The position numbers and the translations under genes are program-made. 64,000 nucleotides of DNA from Cyanophora paradoxa CCMP329 (lineage: Eukaryota; Plantae; Glaucophyta), in NCBI GenBank assembly GCA_004431415.1, contig QPMI01000564.1, positions 124,001 to 188,000 on the forward strand. The letters run 5' to 3'. Within the stretch, counting starts at the first letter, position 1, and each line of letters starts with the position of its first letter. Below, in pieces: positions 34,541 through 47,577 of this stretch. The notes beneath the pieces were generated by a model that was not told the origin of the DNA, did not search any database, and worked only from the letters and a program-made list of their open reading frames with translations.

Positions 34541-37500
34541 ATGGATCTTACGCTGCACCTGGAAGCGTTTTGTGATGCCCTGCGGCCGCGGCAGGACGTG
34601 CTGAGGCGGACAGACTCGCCGCAGCCTCAAGGGCTGCCGCCGTCGAGCGCGCAGCAGGCAGGGCTCCAGAGGCTCCGGGGCGCCTCGCCCAAGCCGGCGC
34701 GGGCAAACCAGATCCCGCCCAGCCTCATCCCGCGCAAGTACCATGTCGTGGCGAAGAGCGAGCACCCGCCGCCGGCCGGCAAGCATGTCGCCGAGCTCGA
34801 TCGTGCGGCCCGCGCCGCGCCCCGCTCGCCGAGATCCACGCTGAGTCGCCGCCTGCAGCCAAGACCAAAGTATGGCACACGGTCAGACCGGGTCCTACGC
34901 CGCCGCGCCGCGCCGCCGCCGCCGCCGCCGCCGACGCTGCGCGGCGCAGACGCTCTTCCCGTCGCTGGAGCCGTCCTCCCGAAAGGAGGCGATGCTCCTT
35001 GACAAGGTCCGCCTGCCCGCTCCGCCCGCGCCCTGCGCCCCTCCTGCCTGCCGGGCGTGCGGGCCGCGCCGATCCGAGCCTCCGGCGGCAGTGCCTGGAC
35101 GACATGCTCAACCGAGTGGACAGGGAGGGCCAGGCCCGGCGCCAGGAGGACCCCTCCCGTCCCCCCGCCGACTTCGGTGCGTGGTCCTCGGCCCGTACCC
35201 CCTCCCCGGCCCTCACCCGTACCCCAGCCGAGGTCCTGGACCGGCGATCCGTCCTCTCAATAGTGTACCACGAGCTCGTCCGGCAGGCGCGCGGGGTACC
35301 CGGTTCCGGCACGTCGTCCTGAAAGCCCGGGGGGTACGCAGGTCGCGACGTACTGCGTGGAGCGAGCGCACGTCATGGCCCGCGTCTGGGGCGAGGCGCG
35401 TAACCCCCAGGGCCTTCCACGGCGCGTACCCCCAACGGCTCAACCCCCCCCCCCCCCCCCCCCGCAGTTCTGCGAGCTCTTCGACGGGGCGGTCGCCGTG
35501 AACGAGCGGCAGACGAAGGAGTTCGAGTACGCCCTCTTCGAGAGTGCGTACCCCTTGCGCCCCACCCCTGCCCGGGGCGCGTCTGAGCGTCTGAGCCGGC
35601 TCCTCCCCCCGCAGAGGAGCAGAGCGGGCAGCGCGAGCTCGCCGGCGTGCGCAAGGAGCTCGCCTCCGTCCGCCGCGAGCTCGACGAGTGCGCCGTACCC
35701 CCTTTCTGCCTCCCCCCTCCCCGGCCTCTTTGACGCCGTACCGGTACCCCCCGCAGCGTGCAGGCGAGGAAGTCGTACGCGGACAAGGAGAACGGTCGCC
35801 TCTCCGACGAGGTCGCCCGGCTCCAGGCGCGCTCGCCGCCGTACCCCCCGCTCCTTCTCCCCCCTTCCTGAGGGGTACGAGGACGGGCAGTCGGAGCTGG
35901 ATAAGCTGCGGGACGAGAACGCGCTGCTGGAGTCCGAGAAGCGGTCGGTGATGGGCTCCTGCCTCGCCGCCAACCGCATGCTCGAGCACGCCCGCGCCGC
36001 CATCCGCGAGGTCCCGCCGTACCCCTGCTTCCATCCCCCTGTACCCCCCTTACCGGCGGGGGGCAGGGGGACGCGATCCGGCAGCGAATGGAGGGCGAGC
36101 TGCGGGGCTTCCGGGCGGCGGGGGCGGCGGGGGGCAGCCCCTCCAAGGGCGGCTCGCCGCGCACGGGGCCCCACACGGCGCGGACGGCGCGGACGGCGCG
36201 GAGCGAGGCGGAGGGGAGCGCGGGGTCGGGCGGGGCGGACCTGGGCCCGGACCCGCTCCTCGCCGCCTCCACCGAGGTCGGCGAGGCTGGCGTCATCGCC
36301 ATGGGCGCCGGCCTCGCCGGCGCCCGCGGCGGCGGGGCCCCCTCCACCCACCGCACCGGCGCCTCGCCCCTGCCCCACGAGGACGACACCCTCGACGCCG
36401 AGGTGCGAGCCGGCCCCCCGGAGCAGGGGGTACCCCGCGCCCCGCTCGAGCCGGGGTACGCAGATCGAGGCGCTGGAGATGGGCGCGACGGGCCAGAGCG
36501 GCTTCGAGCCCGCCGAGGAGCCCAACTTCGGGGAGGAGGGGGAAGCCGACCCGGACGATCCGGTACCCCCTCCCCCTCCACCTCCCCCTCCCCATGTACC
36601 CGGGGCCGACCGGGGGGCCTGGGACGCCCAGGAGAACAACAAGCACGCGTTCCGGGAGCAGCTCAGGAGGGACCTGGAGGCAGAGATCGGAGAGCTGGAC
36701 GCCGAGTCGGGCGAGACGCCCGCGGTGCGCCCCGTCCCCTTCCGTTTCCTTCATTTTCCTTCCTTTTCCTTTCTTTTCCGTTCCTCATCCTTTCTTTTCC
36801 TCTCCTTATTCTCGCCGCAGGAGAAGGTCCAGCGCCTCCAGAACGCCATTGAAGAGCTGCACGCCGAGAAGGTCCGAAGAAACAAAAGAGAGAAAGGAAG
36901 ACAGAGAGGAGCGAGCCGCCCGCGCGCGCGCAGGGGCGGGTGGAGCTGGAGCGGGACGAGGAGCGGGAGGCGCGCGCCATCCTCCAGAAGCTCCTCGAGG
37001 AGGGCGCCGGCGGCTCCCCGGGTACGCCGTTTCCCTTCTATTTTTAGGCCGCCTGCTCCTGGGCCGAGCGTGCGGCGCCGGCAGAGGTGCAGGCGGAGAT
37101 GCGGCTGCAGGCGGCGCGCGTGGAGGCCGCGCAGACGCGCGTCGCCACCCTCGAGGCGCGCCCGGCCCCCGGGTTCGAATCCGATCCGGGGCGCCCGGAT
37201 TTGATCCGGGACGGGCGGGCGGGCGCAGGGCGAGCGGGAGGAGCTGCGGCTGCGCCTGGAGGCCCTCGAGCACTCCAGCGGCGTGCGCTCGGGTCCCGCG
37301 CGGGCCCCTTTCTTTCGCCTCGCCCGCCTCGCCTGAGGGCCCCGGCCCCGCGCAGGCGGCGGAGGAGCTGGCGAAGCGCGCCCAGGAGGCCGAGGACGTG
37401 CGCTCCTTCCCCCCGACCCGCGCCTTTCTTACCTACCCCCTGACCGTCCTTTCGGCGCAGCGGCTGACGGTGGCGGCGGACGAGATCGTGCGGCTGCAGG

Positions 37501-40500
37501 AGGAGCTCGCCCGCCTCCAGGCCGTGCGCCCGCCCGCGCTGTTGCCCCCCACTGCTGTTGTTGTTGCCGTCCCGTCTGATGAGCCGCGCGCAGAGCATGG
37601 CCGAGGGCGCAGCAGCGGGCGGCGGGGCCGGCGGGGCCGAGGGCGAGGGCGGGGGCGGGGTACGCAGCAGGGGCGCGAGCCCGACGGGCCTGGTGCGTCC
37701 GGCGCTGGCGGCGGCGCGGGTGCGAGCGGGTCCGAGGCGGACGGGGTGCGCAGGCGCAGGGGCGGCCGGGGTCCGCGTCGTCGTCGTCGGTGGCGACGGC
37801 GATGTCCCGCATCACCTCCCGCGTCGGCACCGGCATCGGCACCGTGCGCCCCCGCGCCCGCCCGCCCGCCCCGGATGGGGCACAGTGGCGCTGACTGAGG
37901 GGGGTACGGCGTCCCACGCAGACGAACGGGAAGACGCTGGAGATGGTGCAGAAGGTCCGCGAGTTCATGTACGCCTTCGGGGGGGAGGACCAGCCCGCCC
38001 TCGACGCCGCCGTACCCCTCCTCGAGAAGGTGCGCGCGAGACCGCGTACCCCTCCGGGCCGCGGCGGCGGCTGACCCGCGGGGGTTACGTGTTTGCAGCT
38101 CGTGTGGGCGTCCGGGGGGGCCGAAGAGCAGAAGGCGCTCCGCACGCTCAAGCAGCGCTCAACGGCCGGCGCCGCCATCCAGGCGAGCAGCGTACCCCCC
38201 CTGCTTATGTCCTGCCCCGGGTTCGAGCCCGCGCAGGCGGAGATCCGGGAGAAGGGCGCCGACTTCGACATGGCCCTCGCGGAGCTCCTCACCGCCGTCG
38301 TCGACGCCAAGCAGAGCGGGGTGCGGGATTCAAGGGGGGTAGGGGTACGGCCGCTCCTCCTGAAGCCGCCGCGCTGGCAGGACCTGGAGCAGGCGTTCGC
38401 GTCTGAGCTGAGCGACGCGCTCGCCGAGCCCGGCGGCCTCACCCGCGTCCTCGCCGTCCACTCCGCCCCGGGGGCACGTCGTTTCCTCCCTTCCTTCCCG
38501 GGCCGAGGGCGGCCGGCGGCGCCGGGGCTGACGCGCTGACGCGCAGGTGGGCCCGCTGACGGTGGCGGTGGCGGGCCCGCCGGACGCGGAGAACCGGCCC
38601 TCGCGGCGGGAGCGGGGGCTCGCCCCCAGCGGCGCCGTCACGTACAGCGTCGGCGTCCAGGCGAGCCAGCCGGCCAAGGCCCGGCCCTCCCAAGGTTTGC
38701 CGCCAGCTGACCCGGGGCGCAGGTGGTGACGGAGGAGATGGACGCGCTGAACGAGGAGATGGAGGCCCTCGCCGCCGCCTCCGCAAAGGTAGCTGGGACC
38801 CTTCCTCTCCAGCGAGCTCCCTCATTCTTTCTTAGAGGATGGCTGACGCCGCGGGCGGGGCGGGGCCGCAGGGCAAGGGCAAGGGCAAGGGGAAGGACCG
38901 GAAGACCTCGCAGCCGTCCCTCGCCCCGCCCTCGGTCGCCACGCGCGCCCGCCGGCCCTCCGCCTCCGCCCTGTGCGCCCTCCGCATGCTCTTGTGCCCT
39001 TCAGGCCGCGTTGGGGCGAGGCTGACGGGCCCCCCCGCGTGCGCGCAGGCGCCCGGAGGAGTCGGCCGGCGGCGGCCGCTCGAGCAGGCGCTCGTCGATG
39101 GCGGGGGCGGCGGCGTCGGGCGGGCCCGGCGGGGCGGCGGCGGCCGGCGGCAAGGGCGGCGCGAAGGGGAAGGGGCCTCGCTGGGGGCCCCGCAGGCGGC
39201 GGCGCGGCCGGCGTCCGGGCGGCCGCCGTCTGCGGACTCGGCGCTCGACGCGGAGCGGCGGGCGGCGGCGATGGCGGCGGCCGCGGCGACCGAGGCCGGC
39301 GCCGGCGGCGGCGGCGGCGGCGGCGGTGCGGGCGACGCGAGCCCGAAGCTGGAGCTCCGGCCGCGGGCGGGGCGGCCTCCCAGCCGCCGGTCGTCGGTGG
39401 CCGCCCCCGGAGGGGGTCAGGCCGGCCCCGGCTCCGGGGACGAAGGGGCCGGCAGCGGCGGCGGCAGCGGGGCGGAGCAGCCGGCGCGGCTGCAGCAGCG
39501 GCGCAAGTCCGTCAACCTCGCCGCCGACGTCAACAAGCCGTGCGAACGAAGCCGCCGCCGCGTACCCACCCCGCCCCCGACCCCTCACGCAGGCGGCTGC
39601 GCGGCGCGCGGGACCCGACGGCGGTGCGGGGGGACGCCCTCGCCTCCACGGATGACTTCCTCGACGACCTCGTACCCGTCGCCAGCTCCCCAACGGGCGC
39701 GTACCCCGCCGGGAACTCGCCCCCTGCCTGCTCACCGCTGCGCCGCAGGCTCGGGCGCCGGAAGCTTCACGGGTTCGGGGTCTGGCGGCGGGGCGGCCGG
39801 CGCCAAGGCCGGCGCAGTCTGTGAGCCCCGCCCCGCCCCGTCCCGCCCCTTTCCGCCCTTTTCGACGCGGGGCGGGCTGCCGCAGCGAACCTGCTGGCGC
39901 GGCGGGCGGCGGCGCGGGCGGCGGCGGGCGCGGCGGCGGCGAACCCGGTGCCGGAGCTGGGGGAGGAGGGCCCGGACGACGCGGGGGGGGAGCTGTGGGA
40001 CCTCGCGTACGACCCGAAGCGCGAGTCGACGGCCCTCATGTTCCAGCGCCTCAACCGCGCCGTCAACAGTGCGCGCGGGGCTGGGGCGGCGCGAGCGGCG
40101 CTGTCTGGCCCTAACTTTCGCGCGCGGCGCAGAGACGGTGCGGCCGAACAAGCCGCGGGCCCAGGTCATCAAGATGATCTCCGGCATCTACGCCCAGAAG
40201 ATGGCCCTCGGTGCGCCCGCCCCGCCCCGCCCCGCCCCGCCGCCTCTTCTGCGGCTCCACCGCCGACCGTACCCCTCAGACGAGAGCGACGAGCGCGACC
40301 GGATGCGGCGGCACACCCTCCAGGCCCGCCCCGCCCCGCCCCGGCTCGGGTCCCCGCCCGCCCACTTTCGCCGCAGGAGTTCGTGTACGAGTTCTTCCTC
40401 AACAAGTACGGCCTGCGCGCCATGGCCGAGCGCGTGCGCCCGTACCCCCTACCTCGCATCCTCCCCCCCGGCTCATCTCTCTCCCCCCCCCCACAGCACG

Positions 40501-42423
40501 TGACGAAGCTCATCGAGAACGTGCGCGCGTACGGCGTCGCGTCCCGCCGCATCCGCTCCTTCGGGCTGGTGCGCTCGTACATGCTCGTCCCTCTGCTCGC
40601 CCCCCCCCCCCCCCCCCCGCTGATCGGGGTACCCCCTCCCCCGCAGCACCTGGCGGTCTTCCCGGGCCTCCCCGCCGACGCCTTCGATTTCCTCGCCCTC
40701 CTCCTCTCCCAGGCGCGCAATCCCGTACCCCCGGGGCACCGCGTCGTCCCCTCCCCCCTTCCCTCCGAACGCCCCCGACGCTCGCCCGCCCGCCGCGCAG
40801 CGCGTCAACGGGCAGCGGTGGATCAACGGTGCGCCCTTCGCCTTCGCGCGGCCCCGGCCGCCGCTCGGATCTGAACCCGCGTCTCAGGGGTACCCGAGGA
40901 CGAGCCCTGCGCCGTCAACCTTCCCACTGCTCTCGAGGTCCACTCCGTACCCCACCCCACGATCCCTCCCGCAACCTTCCGAGCACGTGCTCCGGCAGGC
41001 CATCCGCATGCTCTTCGAGGCGTCGTACCCCGCCGTCTTCGCCGAGCTCCGCGCCCGCCTCGAGGCCCGACCCCGTACCCCCCTCTCCGGCTCCCTTCCC
41101 TCTCTCGAGCCCCCCCTCGCCCGCAGGCCGCCTCCCCCCCGCTCCCGCCCGGCGTTCCCCCTGAGCTCCGGTACCCCTCGCCCGCACCCGTGCCCCCTAC
41201 TCCTAACTGATGCGTCTATTCTATTTTTAGCTCCGTGGACGCGGACGAGGTCTTCGAGGCGGCGCTCGAGGCGTGGCTGGTCCTCAACGAGCAGGCGCGC
41301 CCCGTACCCCCCTCATGTCCAGCGTCCCCCCCCCCCCCCCCCACGCTGACGGTACTCTTGCAGGTCATGAGGCGCCTGCGTTCGCTATTCCGCGCGGCGG
41401 ATACGCGAAGGGCCGGCGCCCTTTCCGTGCGTTGCCATGCCCCCGACCCCGCCGCCCCCTCCCCTTCCGAACCTTGTACCCCCTCAGTACACGGAGGTCT
41501 TCTCGGCGCTGCGCTACATCGACTCCAACATCCCCGTCCGCAAGGCGCGCCGTACCCCCCCCCCTCCCCCCCTCCGCTTCGGGGCCCGGGCGAGCCCGCC
41601 CGCCCCTCAGATCATGCGCTTCTACCGAGAGTCCGTCCAGGCGGGCGCCGGGCAGGCGCGTACACGTACCCCCCGGCCCTGTATCTCCCCCGCGCGCCGT
41701 GGCTTAGTGTACCCCCCTCCCCCCGCAGGGCGTGACGGAGGAGGTGTTTGTGCACCAGTGCCGGACCTTCGGGCTGCTCGCGTGGACCTCCGAGTTCGCC
41801 TCCCCGACGGGGCCCGACGCCACCGTCCGCCCCCCTCCCCGTACCCCTCGCCCGGCCCCGTCCCCCCGCGCTCACCCCACCCCCCTCTGCAGAGCGCGAA
41901 GTCGGGGACGCAGGAGGTGATCGAGCGGACGTGGGAGGGGACGGAGCAGAGCGTGCTCGACCAGATCCGGGCGCTCCGGGCGGCCGCACGGGAGGGCCCC
42001 GCCGTCCCCGTCCAGGTCGGCCCGGCCCCGCCTCGAGCCCGCGCCGGCGCGGCTGAAGGCGGGGCGCCGCGCACGCGCGTGCGCACGCAGGCGGGGCAGC
42101 CGAAGCCGCTGGGGGTGCTGGAGGCGCGGGCGGCGCACGTGCGGAGCCTCGTGGCGGGGCGCGAGACGCTGCCGGCCTGGCAGGCCTACGCCATCCTGCT
42201 CGCCGAGGCCCGCCCCCGCCCTCCCGTGTTGCCCCGCTCGCCCCCGCTTCGAATTCGGATTTGGTCCGAGCCGTCGCCGCAGGTCCAGACGGTGGCGCGA
42301 GACGTTCAGGCGGCGCGGTTCGCGCAGGCGCCCCGGCCGCAGCGGCACCGCCCCCGCCGCCCGCCGCGCCCGCCGCCCCCGAGGGGTGAAGCGCGCCGCG
42401 GCGGCTCGCCCCTCGTTGTATAG
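34541..42423 (+). CDS. large coiled-coil flagellar-type protein: axonemal dynein light chain domain, TSNAXIP1-like C-terminal region and EF-hand-like motif
   Basis: LFPSLEPSSRKEAMLLDK|CLDDML...SIVYHELVRQ|VARYCVERAHVMARVW (axonemal dynein light chain pattern); MISGIYAQKMALDESD...LQ|EFVYEFFLNKYGLRAMAE; LRSLFRAADTRRAGALS. Many short introns. Confidence 0.7.
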
Positions 42424-43849
42424 CTTTCGTCGTCGTTTTCTTTGGCTATCGTGGAGGTCTGAACCCATCCCTGGCATATTCCTGGAAATCGCGCTGCGAA
42501 TCTTCCTGGAAACAGCTGCGCGCGGGGAGAGGAGTGGCGGAAGGCCCTCTAGATCTCCCGGCGCATGGCGCATGCCTCAGGGCCTGTCCAGGGCTTGTAG
42601 ACTATCGTATATGCACCTGGCAGCGCATATGGCCCCCCGCACTTCGGAATGATGACTCAGTGAGGGCTAGCGCCAAATTATATTAAGAGACATCAATATT
42701 TACACGCTTACATCAAGTCGAAGAGAGCGTAGCCGCCGCCAGCGACCCGCTCTGCGGTTGATTGCCGGTCACGAGACGCCAGATTGAACGCAGGATCCAG
42801 CGGGGCCTCCGCTTCCATCGTTACGAGCCTGCTTTCGCGCCCGCGATAAATTTAACAGTAAAAGCGTCGCGCGGACTCTAGATCTGGGATCGCGCAGCGC
42901 TCGCCAGTGCAGCAGGGAGCCCGAGAAGAAGACAACCGCGACGAGGCCGAACTCCCTGGCGAGAGCGAATGTCAGCGAGAGGCCAGCGCCGGGCGCCCGA
43001 TCGCACTCGCAGCACGAGCGCGGCAAAACTGCAGCACTGAGCTCAATGTAACGCCCCACGCTAGCTATAGCGCGGCTCTCGTCAGGCGCAACAGATCTAG
43101 ACGGCGCGCGCGGAGGAATTCCACGAGCTCAACCACTCGCGATATTGCGCGCGTGCGTACGCACGGGGCGGCAAGGAGAGCGGCTGGCGCCGCGAGGAGC
43201 GCCGATACCGCCGCGACGCCCGCCATACGCAAAACCGATGCTAGCTCGAGGGACGAGAAATGCCACGTGCACGGCGCCGGCGGGGGGATTCAGCACTCGA
43301 GGGGGTCTCGAGGAGAAGCTTAAGGGGAGAAGTACGTGCAAGTACTAGTGGTAGACGGGCCCATGTGCATTATACGGCCTCGGCCCCGCGGCGGATACGT
43401 ATACGTAGCAAACTTAAAAAAATTGCGGGGAAGAAATGCAAATGCATGATATCGATCATGATCATGCATATGATTAAAAAATGGTGTGAGCGGAGGGAAA
43501 CCAAATGCTACTACCGCGAAAACCCGCGAAACCCGCGGCGCATATCATGAACACGCGCGAAAATTATGCCACGATCAGCAGTTCTTGTATATACGTACAT
43601 GCCCCGATCAGCAGTTCTTGTGCGCCAAAATTTACGCGCAAAGCTTGAGAGAAGGAAAGTTCCGAGCTCGAGGCTCGGCACGTGCACAGCCGCGCGCGAA
43701 ACGCTATCACAGCCGCGAAAACCCGCGAAGACGGTCCTCAGCTGCATGTGTAGCCCATGTGTAGACGGACCCCAGCTGTGTGTGTACGTGTGTAGCCCCC
43801 TATCCTGCGCGAGACCTTTGCGTGACCGTCGGACCCTTGGCTGTGCCTT

Positions 43850-45412
43850 TCGCGGAGCGGCGAGAGAGATTGACGAAAGCGGAAATAGAAGCGGCACAGG
43901 AGCCACTGCGAGCAAAAAACTCCCTCCTCAAAAGAAAGCTTGCCGAGCTGCGACCGGGACACGAGCACTTGGAGGAGGAACGGCGCCTCTTCCACCTTGC
44001 CTGCGTCGAGCGGAATGGCGCGGCCTGCCGCATCCCACCCGACGTCACCCTCGTCTGCCCCGGCGAAGGCGACGCGGAGCCAGTCCGCATCCCCGCGCAC
44101 CTGTGGTATCTGAAGGTTTGCTCTCAAATGACGGGCGGTGAATTTCTTCTTCGCGGGTGAATTTCTTCTTCGCGTTTAGATGCGCACCGAATACTTCAGA
44201 AATTAAATGGCCTGCAGGCGCGCAACGTTGCGCATGTAGACTTTGGAGCGCAACAATTCGCTTAAATATTCCAATTCGCAGTTGGCGGAGGCGGCGGCGG
44301 CCGGGGTCGAGGTCGGCTTCAGCGCCGGCGCGACGCTCTCGCTCCTCTGCTTCCTGTACATACACGGGCAGCCTCGAGGCGCGTGCACGTGTCCGCGAGT
44401 ATACGTATATATGATTATTAATCGAAACGCTACGTTTATATATATACACCTCGTATTTATAAATTCATGCTCACGCCAATCGTGAATAAGATTGATGTGG
44501 ACCGTCCAGATTACGAGTGACGACCGGGACACACCGGCGGCCGAGGCCCTTCTTGAGCTCCTCCAGGCGCGGAAATCCTTTCGCGCGGTTCCAAGCGCTA
44601 GTACGACGCGACGAAGTCGACATGGACTAAACCTAGCGCGCCTTGCCGCCCCCACCCTCGCGGCGCCCCCGGCAGGCGGCGGACTACTACGGTGTGCCGG
44701 GGCTGGGCGCCAAGGCCGCGGGGCTGCTGGCGGAGCCCGGGGCCGTCCCCGCCGCCGCCGCCCCCGGCCTGCTCCTCGCCATGCTCGACGCTGCCCGCTC
44801 CCTCGGCGACCCCGCCGCCGCCGCCAAGGCGCGGGGCGATCGCTCCCAGTCGCCGAGTCGATCCCAAAACGACTGGATCTCATTTTCGTGCGTGTAAGTA
44901 GGTGCGGGAGGTGGCGGCGGGGCGGCTGCGGGCGGCGGGGCCGGCGCTGCTCGAGTCGGACGAGTACCGGGGGCTAGCGGCAGTGGAGGACGCTGGACCT
45001 GCAGGCGCCCCACGCCCTCCCGCCGGCCCCGGCCCCGTGCGCCGCCGTCCTGCTGTCTGAATGAATCATGATCAACACCTTTTGTGGGATCTGATGAGCG
45101 AGTACTTTGGCGGCGGGCGGCGCGGGGGCCGCGGGGCTCCTCGCCGACCTCCGCGCCGCCCTCGGCCTCCCCCTTGATCGCGAGCCGGAGCCGGCGCCCG
45201 AGACAGAACCCCGGCCGGCGCCCGCTGCAGCTGCGGCGCCCGAGACGTCAACGGATCCGCAGCCGTCGACGGAGGCGGAGGCGGCCGGCGCCGCCTCTCC
45301 GGATCCGGCAGGCGCGGATGCGCCAGCCGACACAGATGCGAATGCATTTTGCAAGGGGGGAAGGGGCCCCCTTGCTTCCCGTTCCCTCGCTTCAGCCAAA
45401 AGTTTTCTATGA
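43850..45412 (+). CDS. BTB/POZ-domain protein (start uncertain, possibly degenerate)
   Basis: Coiled coil, then PDVTLVC...VRIPAHLWYLK, FSAGATLSLLCFLY and LLELLQ|AADYYGVPGL, all typical BTB segments. Confidence 0.65.
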
Positions 45413-45699
45413 GGCCGTTTTCGAGGTCCAGTTTGCAACACCGGAAAAAAATGAGCCGTTATTCGCGATCCGATTGGCTCGGTGGACCGGTCAGCCTTCG
45501 ACTTTCGAGCGTCAAAGTCGAGGGGAAAAAGTGGTTTTCGAGGGGAAAACGAACTTCTCCTCACTCCGGTCTTCGAATTTCTTGCGCGGTTATGCATGTC
45601 TCCTCTAGATTTCGGCTTCCTCGCAGTGCGTCAAATACGCCTTGCTCTTCGTTGCGCGGTTCTGCATGGGACCACTTCTCTCTAGCTGTCACCTCTAGA

Positions 45700-46618
45700 T
45701 TTCCGCTTCCTCCCAGTGCGCCGATCGCGAGTACGCCGCAAGGTACCCGTGCCGCCTGGACTACTTTTCACTGCATCAAGCTTGCACCGCAGCACTGCGT
45801 ACCGAGCACGCGCCGCTGCCCGCAGCCGAGCACGCTTTAATTTGTGGCACTCGTGCTTGAGCTTGCACAACAAAATTAAACCGCTTGCACCGCTCGAGCT
45901 CCCTACCTGCGCCGCTGTTCGCAGCCGAGCACGCCAGGCCGTCCAGACCGTGCTCTCTTGCTGCGTTCAGAACGTCTCCGAAATCGAGTTTATACCGCAG
46001 ATCCGCGTGCGCCGCTGCTCGCAGCGCTAGCCGAGCACGCCGGCCCGGCCGCGGACTGGCCGCGCGCGGTGCTTGCTTCCCGCTAGCAGCTTCGCCAAAT
46101 TGCGCGCTTGAGTCTGCTGCTGACCAAGTCCGCACCAGATGGGACGGCGATCTAGTTCTGCAGCGGCGTCTGTGCCTGGAGACCTCGTCCTGGGCCGGGG
46201 CGGGATCTCGTGGCGGGTGGCGCAGGCTGCACGGTGTCGTCATCATGCAACGGCGGAATTTTCTCTGTTCATGATTGCAACGGCAGGCCTGCGATCGAAG
46301 ACCTCCACATGGGGGTCATCGAGCGCCTGCAGCTGCGCCCCGCCGGCCGCGGCCTCGCGAACATCGAAATTAATTCAAGACCTCGTCTACCAGATGCACA
46401 GTGGGAGCGAGCAGTGCGCCAGCCGCGCGGCTCTGCGGGCGCTCGAGGCAACGGGCCGCCTCACCATGCTCTTGCAAGACGGCTCTCTTCAGGACCGGCC
46501 GCGGCGCCGCTGGCTGCCCCTCACCCCCATGGTCGACTTCCGCCCCGACCCCCTCCAGAAGGCCTGGATCGCCTATGTTTACGGCGAGCCCTCTGCAGAC
46601 AGCACCATTATCTTTTAG
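45700..46618 (+). pseudogene. hypothetical or degenerate coding region
   Basis: Protein-like terminal segment SRAALRALEATGRLTMLLQDG...DPLQKAWIAYVYGEPSADSTIIF*; upstream exons cannot be joined cleanly. Confidence 0.3.
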
Positions 46619-47577
46619 CCAGCTGTTCAGGGTTAGCGCCAACTTAGCGGTAGGCCGTGTGAACACAGTTGATGCTCAGCGTTTTTTGGCTCCAGAACAA
46701 TCTTTAATATAATGATCTGGCCTTTCATTGAGGCTTTTCTTTATTCGGTTTGATCGCAGGGTGTGCTTATCGGGCCTTTTCTTTTTTTTCAATCATAATC
46801 TGTGTTTATCTTTATACTTAAGCTTCAACCTCCCGCGCGCACTGGGCCGGGGTCGATCTGCCGCACGCATGTGCGTCCCACTACGACTCTTTCATTAGAT
46901 CCCGGTTCCCCCCTTGCACCCCCGGCGCGACAAACGCGGCCGGGCCCCTAGTACATTTTCGATTTACTGCAGCACACCCTAAATCTACAAATGACACACC
47001 ATATCTGCTCTAGATCTCCGAAAAGACTCATTGTTCACCAACACAAAGCACAAGCTGTTCTTTGCTAAGTTACTTCAATCATCGAACACACGTGTACAGA
47101 CTGAGAAGAAGTCCGGATCATCGGATGCTTGAAGAACATCGCTGGAAGAGGACACACGTTCTATCACACAGATCATCGGATGCACTAGTACTGCCAGTGG
47201 GCTCCATCGAAATCCGATTTGGAAAGAAGCCTCCGCGCGACTGCACTAGTACTGGGCACATTGAGCCACTGGCACTAGTACTGTGGCACGTTTAGACTAG
47301 GCCAATGCACTCACTGACCCGACAAGCTACCCCCAGAAACGCTCACACACGCAAAAGACAAGGTCTGCGAAGGGAATTACGTATACAGAGAGTACTACGG
47401 TATACAAGCACGAATGCATCTACATATTCGGGCCGCTAGAACATTAAAAAATCCAGAGAACAAAGGAAGAAAGAAGAAAGGCGCGACAGCCTCGGACGGG
47501 GTCCCCGGCCCTTGCAGGTGGAGGGCGGGCAGGCACAGCCGAGGTCGCGGTCGACGCCGGGCTGCGCCCCTCGGGGC

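Noticed and set aside
27596-42573. Very long Arg/Pro/Gly/Ala ORFs on both strands (for example 1090 aa and 923 aa)
   Set aside because: Stop-codon scarcity at extreme GC; they read through introns and switch between real and junk frames.
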